From an uncultured archaeon (GTDB taxonomy: Archaea; Thermoplasmatota; Penumbrarchaeia; JASLWR01): a stretch of 64,000 bases of DNA. Made by a program: the position numbers and the translations under genes. Below are positions 29,514 to 43,469 of this stretch, piece after piece (positions within the stretch are counted from its first letter, which is position 1; the number at the start of each line of letters is the position of its first letter). Location: the NCBI GenBank assembly GCA_964430885.1, contig CAYSHM010000002.1, positions 109,009 to 173,008 of the forward strand, given 5' to 3'. The notes beneath the pieces are model-generated. The model had not been told where the DNA came from. It saw nothing but the letters and a program-made list of their open reading frames with translations, and ran no database searches.

Positions 29514-31217
29514 TCAATCCTTTTCCTCAAGATTTCCGAAAGGAAAGTAAAGGAATCCGTTTTCTATGGCCGTAACCTGCTCTTTTATGGTCTGCAATGC
29601 AATAGGGAGGACATCCTCTAAAGTGAGCTTCTCCGGAGAGTTATCAATAATTTCCATCAGTTTTTTTGATACATAGAGATCAAGAAGATCTTCGATCTCT
29701 ATCTTCATTTCAGCATCCTTTACATCAGTATAAAGGGACATAATTTCATCAGTGCTCAACCTGGTAATATTCGTGATGTCGTTCTCAGCAGATAGGTCTA
29801 TCTCATCTTGCAAAGGTTTCCCCTTTTCAGATTCCATATCGCTTACCTTACCTGCTTTTTCAAGAATGGTATTTACTTCCTCCCCCGTCTCACTTTCATC
29901 CTTATCTCCTTCCTCATTGTCTTCGTCTTTAACTTCGGTTTCTTCAGCGGGATATTCCTTCTGGGGTTCAGTTTCGTACGCTTCATCGACTTTATCCTTT
30001 TCTTCATCATCAATAACTGTAAGTTCAGTATCATTGGTGATATGGTAATTTAATACCTCCATGATGCTGTTGATGCATTCTTCATCTTTATCGGCCATTT
30101 CACAGATGGTCTTATTTTCCCACTTTTCAAGGAGGTAAGTCAGCAGATCATGTCTGGCTTGTCTGAGAGGTTTCCCTGACAGCAGGTCCTTTTTCTTTTT
30201 CATTTGAAAATTGATCCTCTTCATCACTCTAGAGGCTTCGATATGATCATTTTTGAATCTCTCCAGTATTCCCCCTATATACTCCTTATCATTGGTGTAT
30301 AAAATTAGATCTTCAAGATCAATTTCGATTTCATTCAGAACCTTTTTATCAATGTCCATTTTGAGAAGATTGATTTTTTTGAACCGCTCAATGGTTGTTC
30401 TAGCAATATCGAGAAGAATATTAAATATCTCAATATCTATCTTCTGGACAATCACATCGAGGCCCCCCATGGAATTCTTTTCTTTAAGTGTTTTGAAGTG
30501 TTTTTGGATGTCTTTTAGTTCCTGGAGTAGTTCGTCATTCTCCTTCATCTCGGACAAAGGCATTTGCTGGATCTCTTCCACCCGATCCATTACCTTGAAA
30601 ACAACCTCCTCCTGTTCTTCCGAAAATCCCCATTCAGAACCTTTTTCAAATCCCGAGATGTGCTCATTAATTCTCTCTACTATCAACTTAGTTTCAGTAC
30701 TAACGCCCCATATTGCAAGTATGGGCTGGAGGCGGTCAAGTGATCTCTGAAAATACCAGCGGGCGATGATTTCGTTATCCTTATTGGTTTCGGTTTCTCC
30801 CAGTATATAGAAATCTTTAGCCTGTTTCATCATCAGCTCCAGATGTGATGATGAGTAGGAGCACATCACCTCTATCCGCTCTGCTTTCTCTTTCAGAGAT
30901 ACTACTTCAGGTTCTCCCGGAAGTACCTCCAGTATATCCCTGAACGCGGATATGGCCTCTCTTGCGAAATGGGAAATCTGCTCAACATCCTCGTCTTCTT
31001 TGATGAATGCCGAGGCGATGTTCAGCTGATTCTTACCGTATCTGAGCTTTTCCTGAAAGTTGAATGTTTTCTCCTCTGTCCGTTCAGGGATGATGCCATC
31101 CGATTCTAGCTCATGAACCTGATCATTATAGCTGATCCCGGAGGCCTTAACTCCCTCCTCTCCGCTCAGCTTCTCGGCTGAATCGGTATTTCCATCTATG
31201 CTTTCTTTATCTTCCAT
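29514..31217 (-). CDS. Acidic helical hypothetical protein
   Basis: 567-aa ORF with a GAGG-like SD; no recognised motif. Confidence 0.65.
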   Translation of the reverse strand: MEDKESIDGNTDSAEKLSGEEGVKASGISYNDQVHELESDGIIPERTEEKTFNFQEKLRYGKNQLNIASAFIKEDEDVEQISHFAREAISAFRDILEVLPGEPEVVSLKEKAERIEVMCSYSSSHLELMMKQAKDFYILGETETNKDNEIIARWYFQRSLDRLQPILAIWGVSTETKLIVERINEHISGFEKGSEWGFSEEQEEVVFKVMDRVEEIQQMPLSEMKENDELLQELKDIQKHFKTLKEKNSMGGLDVIVQKIDIEIFNILLDIARTTIERFKKINLLKMDIDKKVLNEIEIDLEDLILYTNDKEYIGGILERFKNDHIEASRVMKRINFQMKKKKDLLSGKPLRQARHDLLTYLLEKWENKTICEMADKDEECINSIMEVLNYHITNDTELTVIDDEEKDKVDEAYETEPQKEYPAEETEVKDEDNEEGDKDESETGEEVNTILEKAGKVSDMESEKGKPLQDEIDLSAENDITNITRLSTDEIMSLYTDVKDAEMKIEIEDLLDLYVSKKLMEIIDNSPEKLTLEDVLPIALQTIKEQVTAIENGFLYFPFGNLEEKD

Positions 31218-31465
31218 TTACTGTCCTCTGTCTTTATCAATGATTTACTGTTCATATGGTAAAATAACTGTGGGACAAAACTATTGAAAACCCTAACTAA
31301 TTAATGACAAATAATGCTTTTTATTTAATTCTTTTGCAACTGCGGTAATGAGTGAAAATACAAGCAATGATTTCAGAGGTTAAAAAAATTCTTTTCAATC
31401 TACTTTATCGGCTTTAAGCGGTGATAATGATGAATAAATCAATAACTGATGGAGATATTTAGGGG

Positions 31466-32749
31466 ATGCCGATAATATTGGGGATGATGACCATGGATTA
31501 TCATGTTAATGAGAAGTCGGATTTGAAGGAAGGAAAGACCAGGATCCAATGGGCCGGCACGGAAATGCCGGTCCTTGCACTGATAAAGGAACGTTTCAGA
31601 AAAGAAAAAACTTTAAAGGGGATACGGATTTCAGCATGCCTTCATGTTACCTCAGAGACCGCTAACCTATGCATAGCCCTGAAGGAAGGCGGAGCTGAAG
31701 TTGCTCTATGCGCTTCTAATCCCCTTTCCACCTGCGACAGTGTTGCACACTCCCTTGTAAAGGATCACGGGGTCAGTGTTTTTGCGGTCCATGGGGAAGA
31801 CAACGATACATACTACGATCATATTTCCAGCGTACTGGACATCAAGCCCAATATAACCATGGACGACGGCGGAGATCTTGTTTCCTTCATACACAAGGAC
31901 AGGAGGGAACTTTTAGAGACCATACTTGCCGGTACCGAGGAGACCACAACCGGTGTCAAGCGCTTCAAGAACATGGAGAGGGACGGGGTGCTGGAATATC
32001 CGGTCATAGCTGTCAACGATGCGCTTACAAAATATCTTTTCGACAACCGGTACGGAACCGGCCAGAGCACTATAGACGGTATTCTCAGGGCCACCAATAT
32101 CCTGCTTGCAGGACGCAAGTTCGTGGTAGCAGGCTACGGCTGGTGCGGCCGTGGCATTGCCCAAAGGGCCAGGGGTATGGGTGCCCATGTTGTGGTAACC
32201 GAGGTGGATCCTGTCCGGGCACTTGAAGCTCACATGGATGGTTTCACCGTTCAGAAGATGGATGAGGCCGTGAAGAGCGGAGAGATATTCGTCACTGCTA
32301 CTGGTAATACATCTCTAATAACCGAAGAACATTTCGAGCATATGAAGGACGGTGCTATCATGGCCAATTCAGGGCATTTCAATGTTGAGATCCAGGTCGA
32401 GGCCTTGGAGAAGATCAGTGTTGGCAAGAAGAAGATCCGCTCTGAAATAACCGAGTACACATTGGGTGACGGCAGGAAATTGTATGTTCTTGGTAGCGGC
32501 AGGCTCATCAATCTCGCGGCAGCAGAGGGCCATCCCGCAGCGGTCATGGATATGTCCTTTGCTAACCAGGCACTGTGCGTGGAACATATTGTCGTGGAGC
32601 ATTCAAACCTGGATAACCGTGTCTACAAGGTTCCGGACTGCATAGATAAGCAGGTCGCAGAGCTGAAGTTGGAGGCACTGGGTGTTTCCATCGACAGCCT
32701 CACCGAAGAACAGAACCAATATTTATGCGGCTGGAAAACAGGCACATAA
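31466..32749 (+). CDS. ahcY: Adenosylhomocysteinase (SAH/SIH hydrolase)
   Basis: [53 protein letters not shown]; true start may be a few codons downstream. Confidence 0.95.
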   Translation: MPIILGMMTMDYHVNEKSDLKEGKTRIQWAGTEMPVLALIKERFRKEKTLKGIRISACLHVTSETANLCIALKEGGAEVALCASNPLSTCDSVAHSLVKDHGVSVFAVHGEDNDTYYDHISSVLDIKPNITMDDGGDLVSFIHKDRRELLETILAGTEETTTGVKRFKNMERDGVLEYPVIAVNDALTKYLFDNRYGTGQSTIDGILRATNILLAGRKFVVAGYGWCGRGIAQRARGMGAHVVVTEVDPVRALEAHMDGFTVQKMDEAVKSGEIFVTATGNTSLITEEHFEHMKDGAIMANSGHFNVEIQVEALEKISVGKKKIRSEITEYTLGDGRKLYVLGSGRLINLAAAEGHPAAVMDMSFANQALCVEHIVVEHSNLDNRVYKVPDCIDKQVAELKLEALGVSIDSLTEEQNQYLCGWKTGT

Positions 32750-32778
32750 AAGGGAAATACCAATCGGGATGCGCTATC

Positions 32779-33495
32779 ATGTCAGAAGGTGTCGGTGACA
32801 AATTCCAGAAAAAGACGAAATATCGAAGGTTCAAGCTCCCACTTGGAATTCCGAGACCAAATCGCTCATCCCCTTTCAAATCTTACCCGGGCACGAAAAA
32901 AATATCTCTGCCTGAACCATCAACGGCTCAAAAAGAGTTTGATAGGATTGTCTCTGATAGAAGGAGCATAAGAAACTTTTCCACTACGCCACTGGAATCG
33001 GATGAACTCTCCTATTTGCTCTGGGCCACCCAGGGGATCACCGGCAGATCTCCGGTCCTTAGAGCTTCCCCTTCGGCCGGAGCACTTCACCCTTTAGAAA
33101 CCTACCTCTGTGTTAACCGTGTGAACGATATTGAACCCGGGATCTATCATTATGACCTAAGGAACCATCAGATGGAACAGCTCGGAAAAAAGAAGATGTT
33201 GCCTTCTCTTGCCGATGCCTGCCTTGGCCAGGGAATGGTAGTGGACTGCGGAGTGGTTTTCATTTGGAGCGCCGTCTTTGACAGAACCCTTTTCAAGTAC
33301 GGTCAGAGAGGTTACAGATATGTATATCTGGATGCGGGCCATGCAGGTCATGCTCTCCAGCTTGCAGCAGAAGGGTTGGATCTGGCCTCATGCAATATTG
33401 GGGCTTTCTATGATGATGAGGTGAATGAGGTTCTGGAATTGGACGGGGAAAATGAAAGTGCGGTTTACCTGTGCACTGTAGGAAATAAAAAATAA
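32779..33495 (+). CDS. SagB/ThcOx family nitroreductase-like dehydrogenase
   Basis: RRSIRNF, RASPSAGALHPLE, KYGQRGYRY..LDAGH, IGAFYDD. Confidence 0.88.
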   Translation: MSEGVGDKFQKKTKYRRFKLPLGIPRPNRSSPFKSYPGTKKISLPEPSTAQKEFDRIVSDRRSIRNFSTTPLESDELSYLLWATQGITGRSPVLRASPSAGALHPLETYLCVNRVNDIEPGIYHYDLRNHQMEQLGKKKMLPSLADACLGQGMVVDCGVVFIWSAVFDRTLFKYGQRGYRYVYLDAGHAGHALQLAAEGLDLASCNIGAFYDDEVNEVLELDGENESAVYLCTVGNKK

Positions 33496-33544
33496 GGAAA
33501 CGAATACCGAATGATCCCACTCCATATTGTGCGCTCGTTATTTT

Positions 33545-34468
33545 TCAGATTTCCGAAGGAATAGACTTTTCCTTCTTCTCTCCCTCGTTGTTCTTTGCCT
33601 TGTATCTCTGCAGAATGATACCTCCCACAATAAATACCAATCCGATGAGGGTAGAGGCGAATATGTCTTCCTTAAGTATGAAGTGGATGAGGACCAGTGA
33701 TATGAAGGGTGATAGGTAGATCAGGTTGCCCACCTTGGCAGTCGTGGATGCCATTTTCAATGCATTTAGCCACAGAACAAAAGTGATTCCCATCTCAAAT
33801 AGACCTATGTAAACCAGGATGATAATGGAGCTGTCCAGATGTATTTCTGAATTGCCCGTAAATATTACAACAAAAATGGAGAAAAGGGTGCCGAAAACAA
33901 AGTTTAGGAAGAGCTTCACAACCCCGTCCCTCTCCTCTTTCATGTTGAATATCCAGTACAGAGCCCATATTACCGAGGATCCGACTGCCAAACTTACTCC
34001 CAGAGGGTTTGACAATTTCATAGCTGCAATTTCCCCCCTAGTGCCTATAATGATTACTCCGATAAAACTGATAATGACTGCAATAAGATCCCTGGTCTTG
34101 ATCTTCTGTTTCAGTATTATGATGGAAAGGATGACGAGTGTAAGAGGCCAGGTATAGTTCAATGTTTGAGCTTCCTGGGCAGGCAGTATATCGTAGGCCT
34201 TGAATAGTATGATATAGTACAGAAATGGATTTAGAAGGCCCATGCCGGCTGAATGCACGAAATCCCTTTTTTTGAAATCCATCAGAAGCGTCATCTTTTT
34301 CTGGATCAGAATTACAATTAATAATCCCAGGGCTGAGAAGAAAGAGGACCAGAAAAGGAGCTGGATGAAATTCACCGACCGAAGTGCCAGTTTGAATGCT
34401 GTGGCCACTGTGGACCAAAACATGACGGCAGATATGGCAAAGATATAGGCCTTCCGGGAATCCTTCAT
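33545..34468 (-). CDS. DMT/EamA family transporter
   Basis: About 10 TM segments in two EamA repeats. Confidence 0.85.
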   Translation of the reverse strand: MKDSRKAYIFAISAVMFWSTVATAFKLALRSVNFIQLLFWSSFFSALGLLIVILIQKKMTLLMDFKKRDFVHSAGMGLLNPFLYYIILFKAYDILPAQEAQTLNYTWPLTLVILSIIILKQKIKTRDLIAVIISFIGVIIIGTRGEIAAMKLSNPLGVSLAVGSSVIWALYWIFNMKEERDGVVKLFLNFVFGTLFSIFVVIFTGNSEIHLDSSIIILVYIGLFEMGITFVLWLNALKMASTTAKVGNLIYLSPFISLVLIHFILKEDIFASTLIGLVFIVGGIILQRYKAKNNEGEKKEKSIPSEI

Positions 34469-34667
34469 AAAGGGAAATGGGTCATAAGTGTATTTATATC
34501 CATTGATACAAAGTCATGTCGGCTATTTTACAGCTTTTTTACCTGTTTGATAGTATGGACCCTCATTTCAAATATTTTTGAGTCATTTAACTAATAAAAT
34601 ATTTTACCAGTTCGATCAAATGTTTATATTTATTTCATTTTAATAATTCAATACTATCGGTGCCTCA

Positions 34668-35747
34668 ATGACAGAAAAGAAGATATCCGCTGTATCCATC
34701 ATCAGGAGCGAATATGACAGCATAGATGTGGGAAAGCTGCTAGAACCTCTAGGCGGTCTGGAGAAATGGGTCAAAAAAGGAGAAAAGGTACTTCTGAAGA
34801 TAAACATGCTAAACGGTAAAGGTCCCAAAAGCGCAGTCACCACCCATCCGTCAGTAGTCCGCTCTATCGGTCTTGCAGTAAAGAAGGCCGGATGTGTACC
34901 AATAATCGGGGATTCTTCGGGGGGCACATTTTCCAAGAGAAGGCTAAAGGCCAACTATCGGTCGGCAGGATATGAGGAGATCTCCAAGAAGTATGAAATC
35001 CCGCTTAATTTTGACACATCTACTAAAAAGGTCAAATTTCAGAATGGGAAGGTATTGAAAAAGACCAAAGTCTGCAATTTTGCCCTGACCCCTGATAAGA
35101 TAATAGCCGTTCCCAAGCTCAAGACGCACTCCCTTATGTACATGACCCTGGCCACCAAGATAATGTATGGTGTGATACCGGGTCTGGCCAAAGCAAAATA
35201 CCATGCCAAGTTCCCTACTAGAAGCAAGTTCGCAGAGGCTCTTATAGATATACTGGAGAAGGTGCCGCCTACCCTCATTATACTTGATGGGATAGTTGCA
35301 ATGGAAGGTAACGGTCCCAACAGCGGGAGGCCTGTGAAGCTAGGTGTTATGATGGCTTCAACCGATGCTGTTGCTATGGATATTGCAGTTTGTGAGATGT
35401 TGGGACTTCAGCCTGTTGGTATTCCTTCTTTGAAACAGGCCAAGCTCAGGGGGATGTGGCCGGATGAGATTGAATATCCTCAGCTTTCGCCGGAAGATGT
35501 TAAGGTCAAGAACTTCGAATTTCCCAGTTCAATGAGCGACCTGGCCGCAAAAGGCAAAGGGACTGAAAAAGGCGGTAAACGGCCCCGTCCCAATGAGAAG
35601 TGCATAGCCTGCGGTGAATGTGTCCGGATCTGCCCCAAGGACGCTATAGCCATTGTGAGGAAGAGGGCTAAGGTTGAGGATGGCGAATGTATCCGCTGCT
35701 ACTGCTGTCATGAGATATGCCCAGTATACGCAATAGATCTTAAGTGA
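34668..35747 (+). CDS. DUF362 protein with C-terminal 2x[4Fe-4S] ferredoxin domain
   Basis: VLLKINML, TTHP, PKLKTH, MEGNGP; CIACGECVRICP and CIRCYCCHEICP. Confidence 0.88.
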   Translation: MTEKKISAVSIIRSEYDSIDVGKLLEPLGGLEKWVKKGEKVLLKINMLNGKGPKSAVTTHPSVVRSIGLAVKKAGCVPIIGDSSGGTFSKRRLKANYRSAGYEEISKKYEIPLNFDTSTKKVKFQNGKVLKKTKVCNFALTPDKIIAVPKLKTHSLMYMTLATKIMYGVIPGLAKAKYHAKFPTRSKFAEALIDILEKVPPTLIILDGIVAMEGNGPNSGRPVKLGVMMASTDAVAMDIAVCEMLGLQPVGIPSLKQAKLRGMWPDEIEYPQLSPEDVKVKNFEFPSSMSDLAAKGKGTEKGGKRPRPNEKCIACGECVRICPKDAIAIVRKRAKVEDGECIRCYCCHEICPVYAIDLK

Positions 35748-35777
35748 GATGGGTGTTGTATGAAATAATGCTTGTTT

Positions 35778-38093
35778 TTATCCTGCAGTCCTTTCTCTAA
35801 GGGTCTTCTCTGTGTCAACCTTTCTCTGGTACCTAATAGGAACTACTGAGGAAAACAGCACTACGGCAATCCCGGATACCAGCGTGATGATAGTGGCGCC
35901 CATGATGAAGATCACGGGATATGTGAACAGTATCTTTGCCATCACAAGGGCGAATATCTTTGCAAACAGGTAGGCCAGGGGTACTCCGATGATTCCAGAC
36001 AGAATACCAAGCACACCCATTTCCAGCAGTATGCTCTTGGCTACCTTCCATTTAGTTATGCCAAGAGTACTCAGGGTAGCGAATTCCACATCCCGCTCCA
36101 TTGTGGATATGATAACCGCGGATGCGGATACTACGAAGGTTATTGATGCGCTGATCACAAAGAACGTGTAAAATATACCGTTTGCTGTGCTGAGGAGTTC
36201 GTCAAAGGACTCCGCAATTTGATCCTTGACGGATACCTTGATCACCGAGGGATGGAGACGAAGGGCGCCAGCGTATTCCTCCGTCATGGCCGGGTTTTTC
36301 AGCTTGATGTATATCCCTGTGCAGTTTTCAGGGGAGAAGAATGCATCCAGATTATCCTCATTGGTGTAGACCGCCTGCTGAACGATATCGTTGACTATTG
36401 CGCTTACCTCGATATCCGCTACAATGGGACCTACGCTGAGGGTTATCATATCTCCAACACCCGCACCGGTCTCGTCTGCAACCTTGTTGGTTATCACTGC
36501 TTTATCCAGATCCACGCTGCCTTTCATCACATTAAAATCCCTTGCCTTTTCTATTTCCCCGCACCCAAGGAAGGTGGCACCTGTTGAATGCGATCCATGA
36601 TCAACTGAACCGCTTATGCCCGTATAGGGGATGATGAATTCGGTCTCGTTCTCAAGATATATTTCTATTTGGTCAAGTTCTTCAACGGATACACCGCCGA
36701 AGAAGTCGGCTCTCATATCCCATTTATCACTATCTATGCTGTCTTCCACATAACCCCAGGCTGAATCGATCATTATAAGCCATGATCCCGACATACCAAT
36801 TGTCATTCCAACAACAAGAACTGTGATTCCCAGCCTTGTTGGATTTCTTGTGACGTTACGGAGTCCCATAAGGTTTGTCCTAGACAGGAAAGAAGGTCCG
36901 AACCTTGCTGTAGTTATCTTGCTTCTGGGTTTGTAATCCAAAGCTTCCCGAACACTTGTTCCAGTTATCAGGACCACAGGTATAGCCACAGAAAGAAGTA
37001 CAGATATCATCACGAACAAGAAACCAAGAACAAATGGCAGCAAAGAGATGGGGAATGCAATATCGATGCTGCCTATCATCTCCATGGTCACATTTGCAAT
37101 GCCGTAGGAGAATAGAAATGAAAGTAAAATTCCGAAAATCAGACCTATGCTGCCCAGCACCACCCCCAGCAGCAGATAGGCACGGATGATCTTTTTACGC
37201 TGGTAGCCAAGTGACATCAGGACCCCGATGTATCTGCTGTCGTTGAGCACAAGGCGGTAGGCGGTCATCATTATCGAGATGAATCCCACGATCATGAATA
37301 TCACCGAGAACATGGGCATCATGTACTTCATCTTGTCAACGCCCATCTGCATGAAGATCACTGTGAAATGATCCTTCTGAAGGGTTGTACCTTTTACCGG
37401 GAAAGAGCTCAAAGAACCTATGATGGCATCGGAATCCGCTCCGTTTTCCTTGATAATTACGAGGTCGTTTATTCCAGTGACGTTCATTATTCCCTGCAGC
37501 TCCTCAAGGTCCATGTAAAGGGCAACTACATTTCCAGGGATAGGAACCGAGGTCTCCGCCATGTAGCCGGCCAGGGCATATTCAGCGTTCTTGACCACTC
37601 CGGAAATTGTGATATTGACCTCCTTTCCCCCTATTATGAAATTACCTATCTCGCCTGCATCCGCTCCGTAATCCTCCATTGAGGAAATCACAACTCCTTC
37701 ACCCGGTCTTTCAAAAAGAGAACCGGATGCCTTTGTCATCACGTTGATATCCTGTCGGCCAGGATCCCGCATCCCTATAACAAAGGCAGGGAAGACCTCT
37801 CCTTTGTAGGTGTAGAATGCCATTACCTTAAGGCGCATATCGTATGCCTTGATTTGCTGCCGTTCAAGTACTGGCTCAAGTTCGCTCTCGTTCACAGGCT
37901 GGGCGAACTCCACGAAAATGTCCGGCATCATGGAATCCTGAAGCATCACATCAGTACTGTGGTCAAATATCTCAGCAGAATATAGACCGGAGATGAACAT
38001 CGCGGCAGCCATCGCTACAACAAATGAGATGCCCACTGTTCGGAGCTTCATTTTGGATAATTTCCTTATAACCATCAGGTTTATCTTGTCCAC
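35778..38093 (-). CDS. ABC transporter permease, FtsX/MacB type, duplicated
   Basis: Two extracytoplasmic domains, each followed by TM bundles; IGVLMSLGY and ERDVEFATLSTLG. Confidence 0.88.
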   Translation of the reverse strand: MDKINLMVIRKLSKMKLRTVGISFVVAMAAAMFISGLYSAEIFDHSTDVMLQDSMMPDIFVEFAQPVNESELEPVLERQQIKAYDMRLKVMAFYTYKGEVFPAFVIGMRDPGRQDINVMTKASGSLFERPGEGVVISSMEDYGADAGEIGNFIIGGKEVNITISGVVKNAEYALAGYMAETSVPIPGNVVALYMDLEELQGIMNVTGINDLVIIKENGADSDAIIGSLSSFPVKGTTLQKDHFTVIFMQMGVDKMKYMMPMFSVIFMIVGFISIMMTAYRLVLNDSRYIGVLMSLGYQRKKIIRAYLLLGVVLGSIGLIFGILLSFLFSYGIANVTMEMIGSIDIAFPISLLPFVLGFLFVMISVLLSVAIPVVLITGTSVREALDYKPRSKITTARFGPSFLSRTNLMGLRNVTRNPTRLGITVLVVGMTIGMSGSWLIMIDSAWGYVEDSIDSDKWDMRADFFGGVSVEELDQIEIYLENETEFIIPYTGISGSVDHGSHSTGATFLGCGEIEKARDFNVMKGSVDLDKAVITNKVADETGAGVGDMITLSVGPIVADIEVSAIVNDIVQQAVYTNEDNLDAFFSPENCTGIYIKLKNPAMTEEYAGALRLHPSVIKVSVKDQIAESFDELLSTANGIFYTFFVISASITFVVSASAVIISTMERDVEFATLSTLGITKWKVAKSILLEMGVLGILSGIIGVPLAYLFAKIFALVMAKILFTYPVIFIMGATIITLVSGIAVVLFSSVVPIRYQRKVDTEKTLRERTAG

Positions 38094-38109
38094 GAAAATC
38101 CCCTCATTA

Positions 38110-38787
38110 TCAGTTATCTGGTTTCAGTACTCCCTTTCTGAGAACCAAAGTTCGGTCCACATACTGCTTGAGCCTTGTGTTATGGGATACTATAAGAAAG
38201 GTCATCCCTAACTCGTGCTGGAGCCTGTTCATAAGCTTCATCACGGAACTCTCTCTTTCCTCGTCCAGGTTCCCAGTGGGCTCGTCTGCCAGGATCAGGG
38301 AAGGTTCTTTGGAAAGAGCCCTTGCCACTGCAACCCTCTGCTGCTCTCCGCCGGAAAGCTCCTGGGGAAAATTCTTGAGCTTGTCACCGAGACCCACCAG
38401 TTCTAGATATTTTACCGCCTGATTCTTGATCTTCTTTTTATCCTTCATTATCTGCTCAAGTCCCAGTTCCACATTCTCAAGGGCTGTAAGCGTGGGAATA
38501 AGGTTGTAGAATTGGAAGATGAATCCTACCTTGTCACGGCGGAACAGCAGGGACCTTTTCTTGTCCAGTTTGTTTATCTTTTTTCCAGATATCTCCACCG
38601 AGCCATTGTCCGCTCTGTCTATAGCCCCCAGTATGTTGAGGAGGGTTGTCTTTCCGGAACCTGAAGGCCCCATGATCATGACCATCTCACCTTTCTTCAG
38701 AAAAAGGTCTAGTCCGCTTAATACTTTGGTGGTTTCCGAGCCGCTCTTATAGCTTTTATAAAGTTCTTTCACTTCAACGGTATCCAT
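38110..38787 (-). CDS. ABC transporter ATP-binding protein (LolD/MacB type)
   Basis: GPSGSGKT, LSGGEQQR, ADEPTGNLD; GAGGT SD supports ATG 38787. Confidence 0.92.
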   Translation of the reverse strand: MDTVEVKELYKSYKSGSETTKVLSGLDLFLKKGEMVMIMGPSGSGKTTLLNILGAIDRADNGSVEISGKKINKLDKKRSLLFRRDKVGFIFQFYNLIPTLTALENVELGLEQIMKDKKKIKNQAVKYLELVGLGDKLKNFPQELSGGEQQRVAVARALSKEPSLILADEPTGNLDEERESSVMKLMNRLQHELGMTFLIVSHNTRLKQYVDRTLVLRKGVLKPDN

Positions 38788-38909
38788 GGGATCTACCTCT
38801 TTGTGAATACATGAATTAATAACTGTATAGTATAAGGTACGCAAAGATTTAACTTTATTGTCCCGTTCATGTACGGTAGTTTATATATTATTAATGAAAT
38901 CGGTAAATC

Positions 38910-39572
38910 ATGCGAAAAATGACTATGAAATTCCAACTGGGAAGTATGATAAGAAAATTCTGGGGAAATGCCTTCGATCATATTGAGAGCATGGAAATGA
39001 TAGAGATGCTCCGCCTTGATTTTGAGAAAGGGATTAAGGTAGTACTCACGGAGATCATATTGAAGGACGGTTCTGAGATGTCGGACCTGAACTGGCCTGT
39101 AAAGGTAAAGATGAATGTTCTTCACCAAAATGGAAGTAAATATGTGGTTATCGTCACCGCAAAAGCGCCGTCCGGTGTTTTCAGCAGGATGTTCAAAAAC
39201 TTTCAGGCGGATGTGATTTGGACAACTCCCAGTTTTTTTAAATCCGCCGCCGATTCCTTTGAGGCTACGCTGAGCTGTATTGGGGAGGAGGATGAGCTTA
39301 AGAAAGTTCTTCGTACGATAAAACTATTTGGAATTGTTGCAGATGTGTCTTTCAGAAAGGCAGTTTACCAGGAGCATAATCTATTGACCGTTCTTACTCC
39401 TAAACAAAAAGATGTAATTCTGACTGCAAAGAGACTAGGCTATTATGATTATCCTAGAAAGATAGATGCTTCAGGTTTAGCGGTGGAGGTGGGTATTTCG
39501 AAAGCTACCGCGGTGGAACATCTGAGAAAGGCGGAGAACAGGTTGATATCCAATATTCTGGCAGGATATTAG
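38910..39572 (+). CDS. HTH_10 (bacterio-opsin activator type) transcriptional regulator
   Basis: LTPKQ..V...A..LGYYDYPR......LA...GISKATAVEHLRKAE. Confidence 0.88.
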   Translation: MRKMTMKFQLGSMIRKFWGNAFDHIESMEMIEMLRLDFEKGIKVVLTEIILKDGSEMSDLNWPVKVKMNVLHQNGSKYVVIVTAKAPSGVFSRMFKNFQADVIWTTPSFFKSAADSFEATLSCIGEEDELKKVLRTIKLFGIVADVSFRKAVYQEHNLLTVLTPKQKDVILTAKRLGYYDYPRKIDASGLAVEVGISKATAVEHLRKAENRLISNILAGY

Positions 39573-39684
39573 AAGAACATTATAACTTTGGGAATTATAT
39601 TTAGTATTTTTCAGCGCTCATGTTACTGCTGTATATTTAGCATATCAACTGATAAAGGAAATTTGTTTTACAAAAAGGAAAGAA

Positions 39685-39808
39685 TGGTGGACAGCGATCC
39701 AGGTTCACGTGGACTCGCGTACCACACTACTTAAAGGAACGCATGCAGGCTTAACTTCTGGGTTCGGGATGTTACCAGGTGAGCCCTGCCGCTCTGGCCG
39801 TCCTACCA
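39685..39808 (-). rRNA. rrf: 5S rRNA
   Basis: Reverse complement UGGUAGGACGGCCAGAGCGG...AUCCCGAACCCAGAAGUUAAGCC...CGCUGUCCACCA with paired ends, followed by a U-rich tract. Confidence 0.92.
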
Positions 39809-39863
39809 TTCTTATATGACATTTATTCAATTATTATATTGAAGTCAATAGGCAAGAAGATAT

Positions 39864-42921
<3,058 letters not shown>

Positions 42922-43469
42922 TTTGGTAATCATTGGGTCCCATAGTTTACCCCGATGGGCCCTATACCCTTACCTGATGGAAACTTTACTCCTCCAGGCG
43001 CACGTTTCTTCTTTAATTGGGTTTCAATATTATAGATTTGAATCCAACTCGGTGATTTACCATAATGGTATTTCAACCTTATGGCATGGATACGTCTATT
43101 TGCCAAAAAGGCATCATATCCTTGAAATGACCAGAAATTGTTCAACCATGAATAAGTTGAGTTTTCAGGTCTTTTTTTTCACCACCTCGAAATTCAAAAT
43201 TTATAGGTCTTTTTTTGGTTCGACCGCCGGGGGATAATCAGGAAGTAAAATAAAAATATTACTGTCCGAATTCCTTTATTTTTCATTTACCATATTCATA
43301 ATGCTGATTAAGATCAAAACAAGGGATTGGCCCTTCGAAAAAACAATGTTTCCTGATTCATTTTGACAATGATTAAATCATATGTCCCTATTATAAAGAA
43401 CCTACTAACTATTTGATTGGAATTGATTTCCTTATGGAAGTATCTAGTAATAAATTCGGAAGGTATAAC

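Noticed and set aside
31425-31472. C/D-box-like ATGATGA-N12-CTGA upstream of ahcY
   Set aside because: No convincing C' and D boxes, the guide is low-complexity AT, and no rRNA target was found by eye
32779-33495. SagB-like gene as part of a RiPP cluster
   Set aside because: No YcaO, precursor peptide or cyclodehydratase nearby; stand-alone copies are common in anaerobes
43208-43262. TGGTTCG followed by an A-rich tract upstream of queD (preQ1 riboswitch or tRNA T-loop look-alike)
   Set aside because: P1 is weak, the site is about 200 nt from the start codon, there is no cloverleaf, and archaea channel preQ0 to archaeosine
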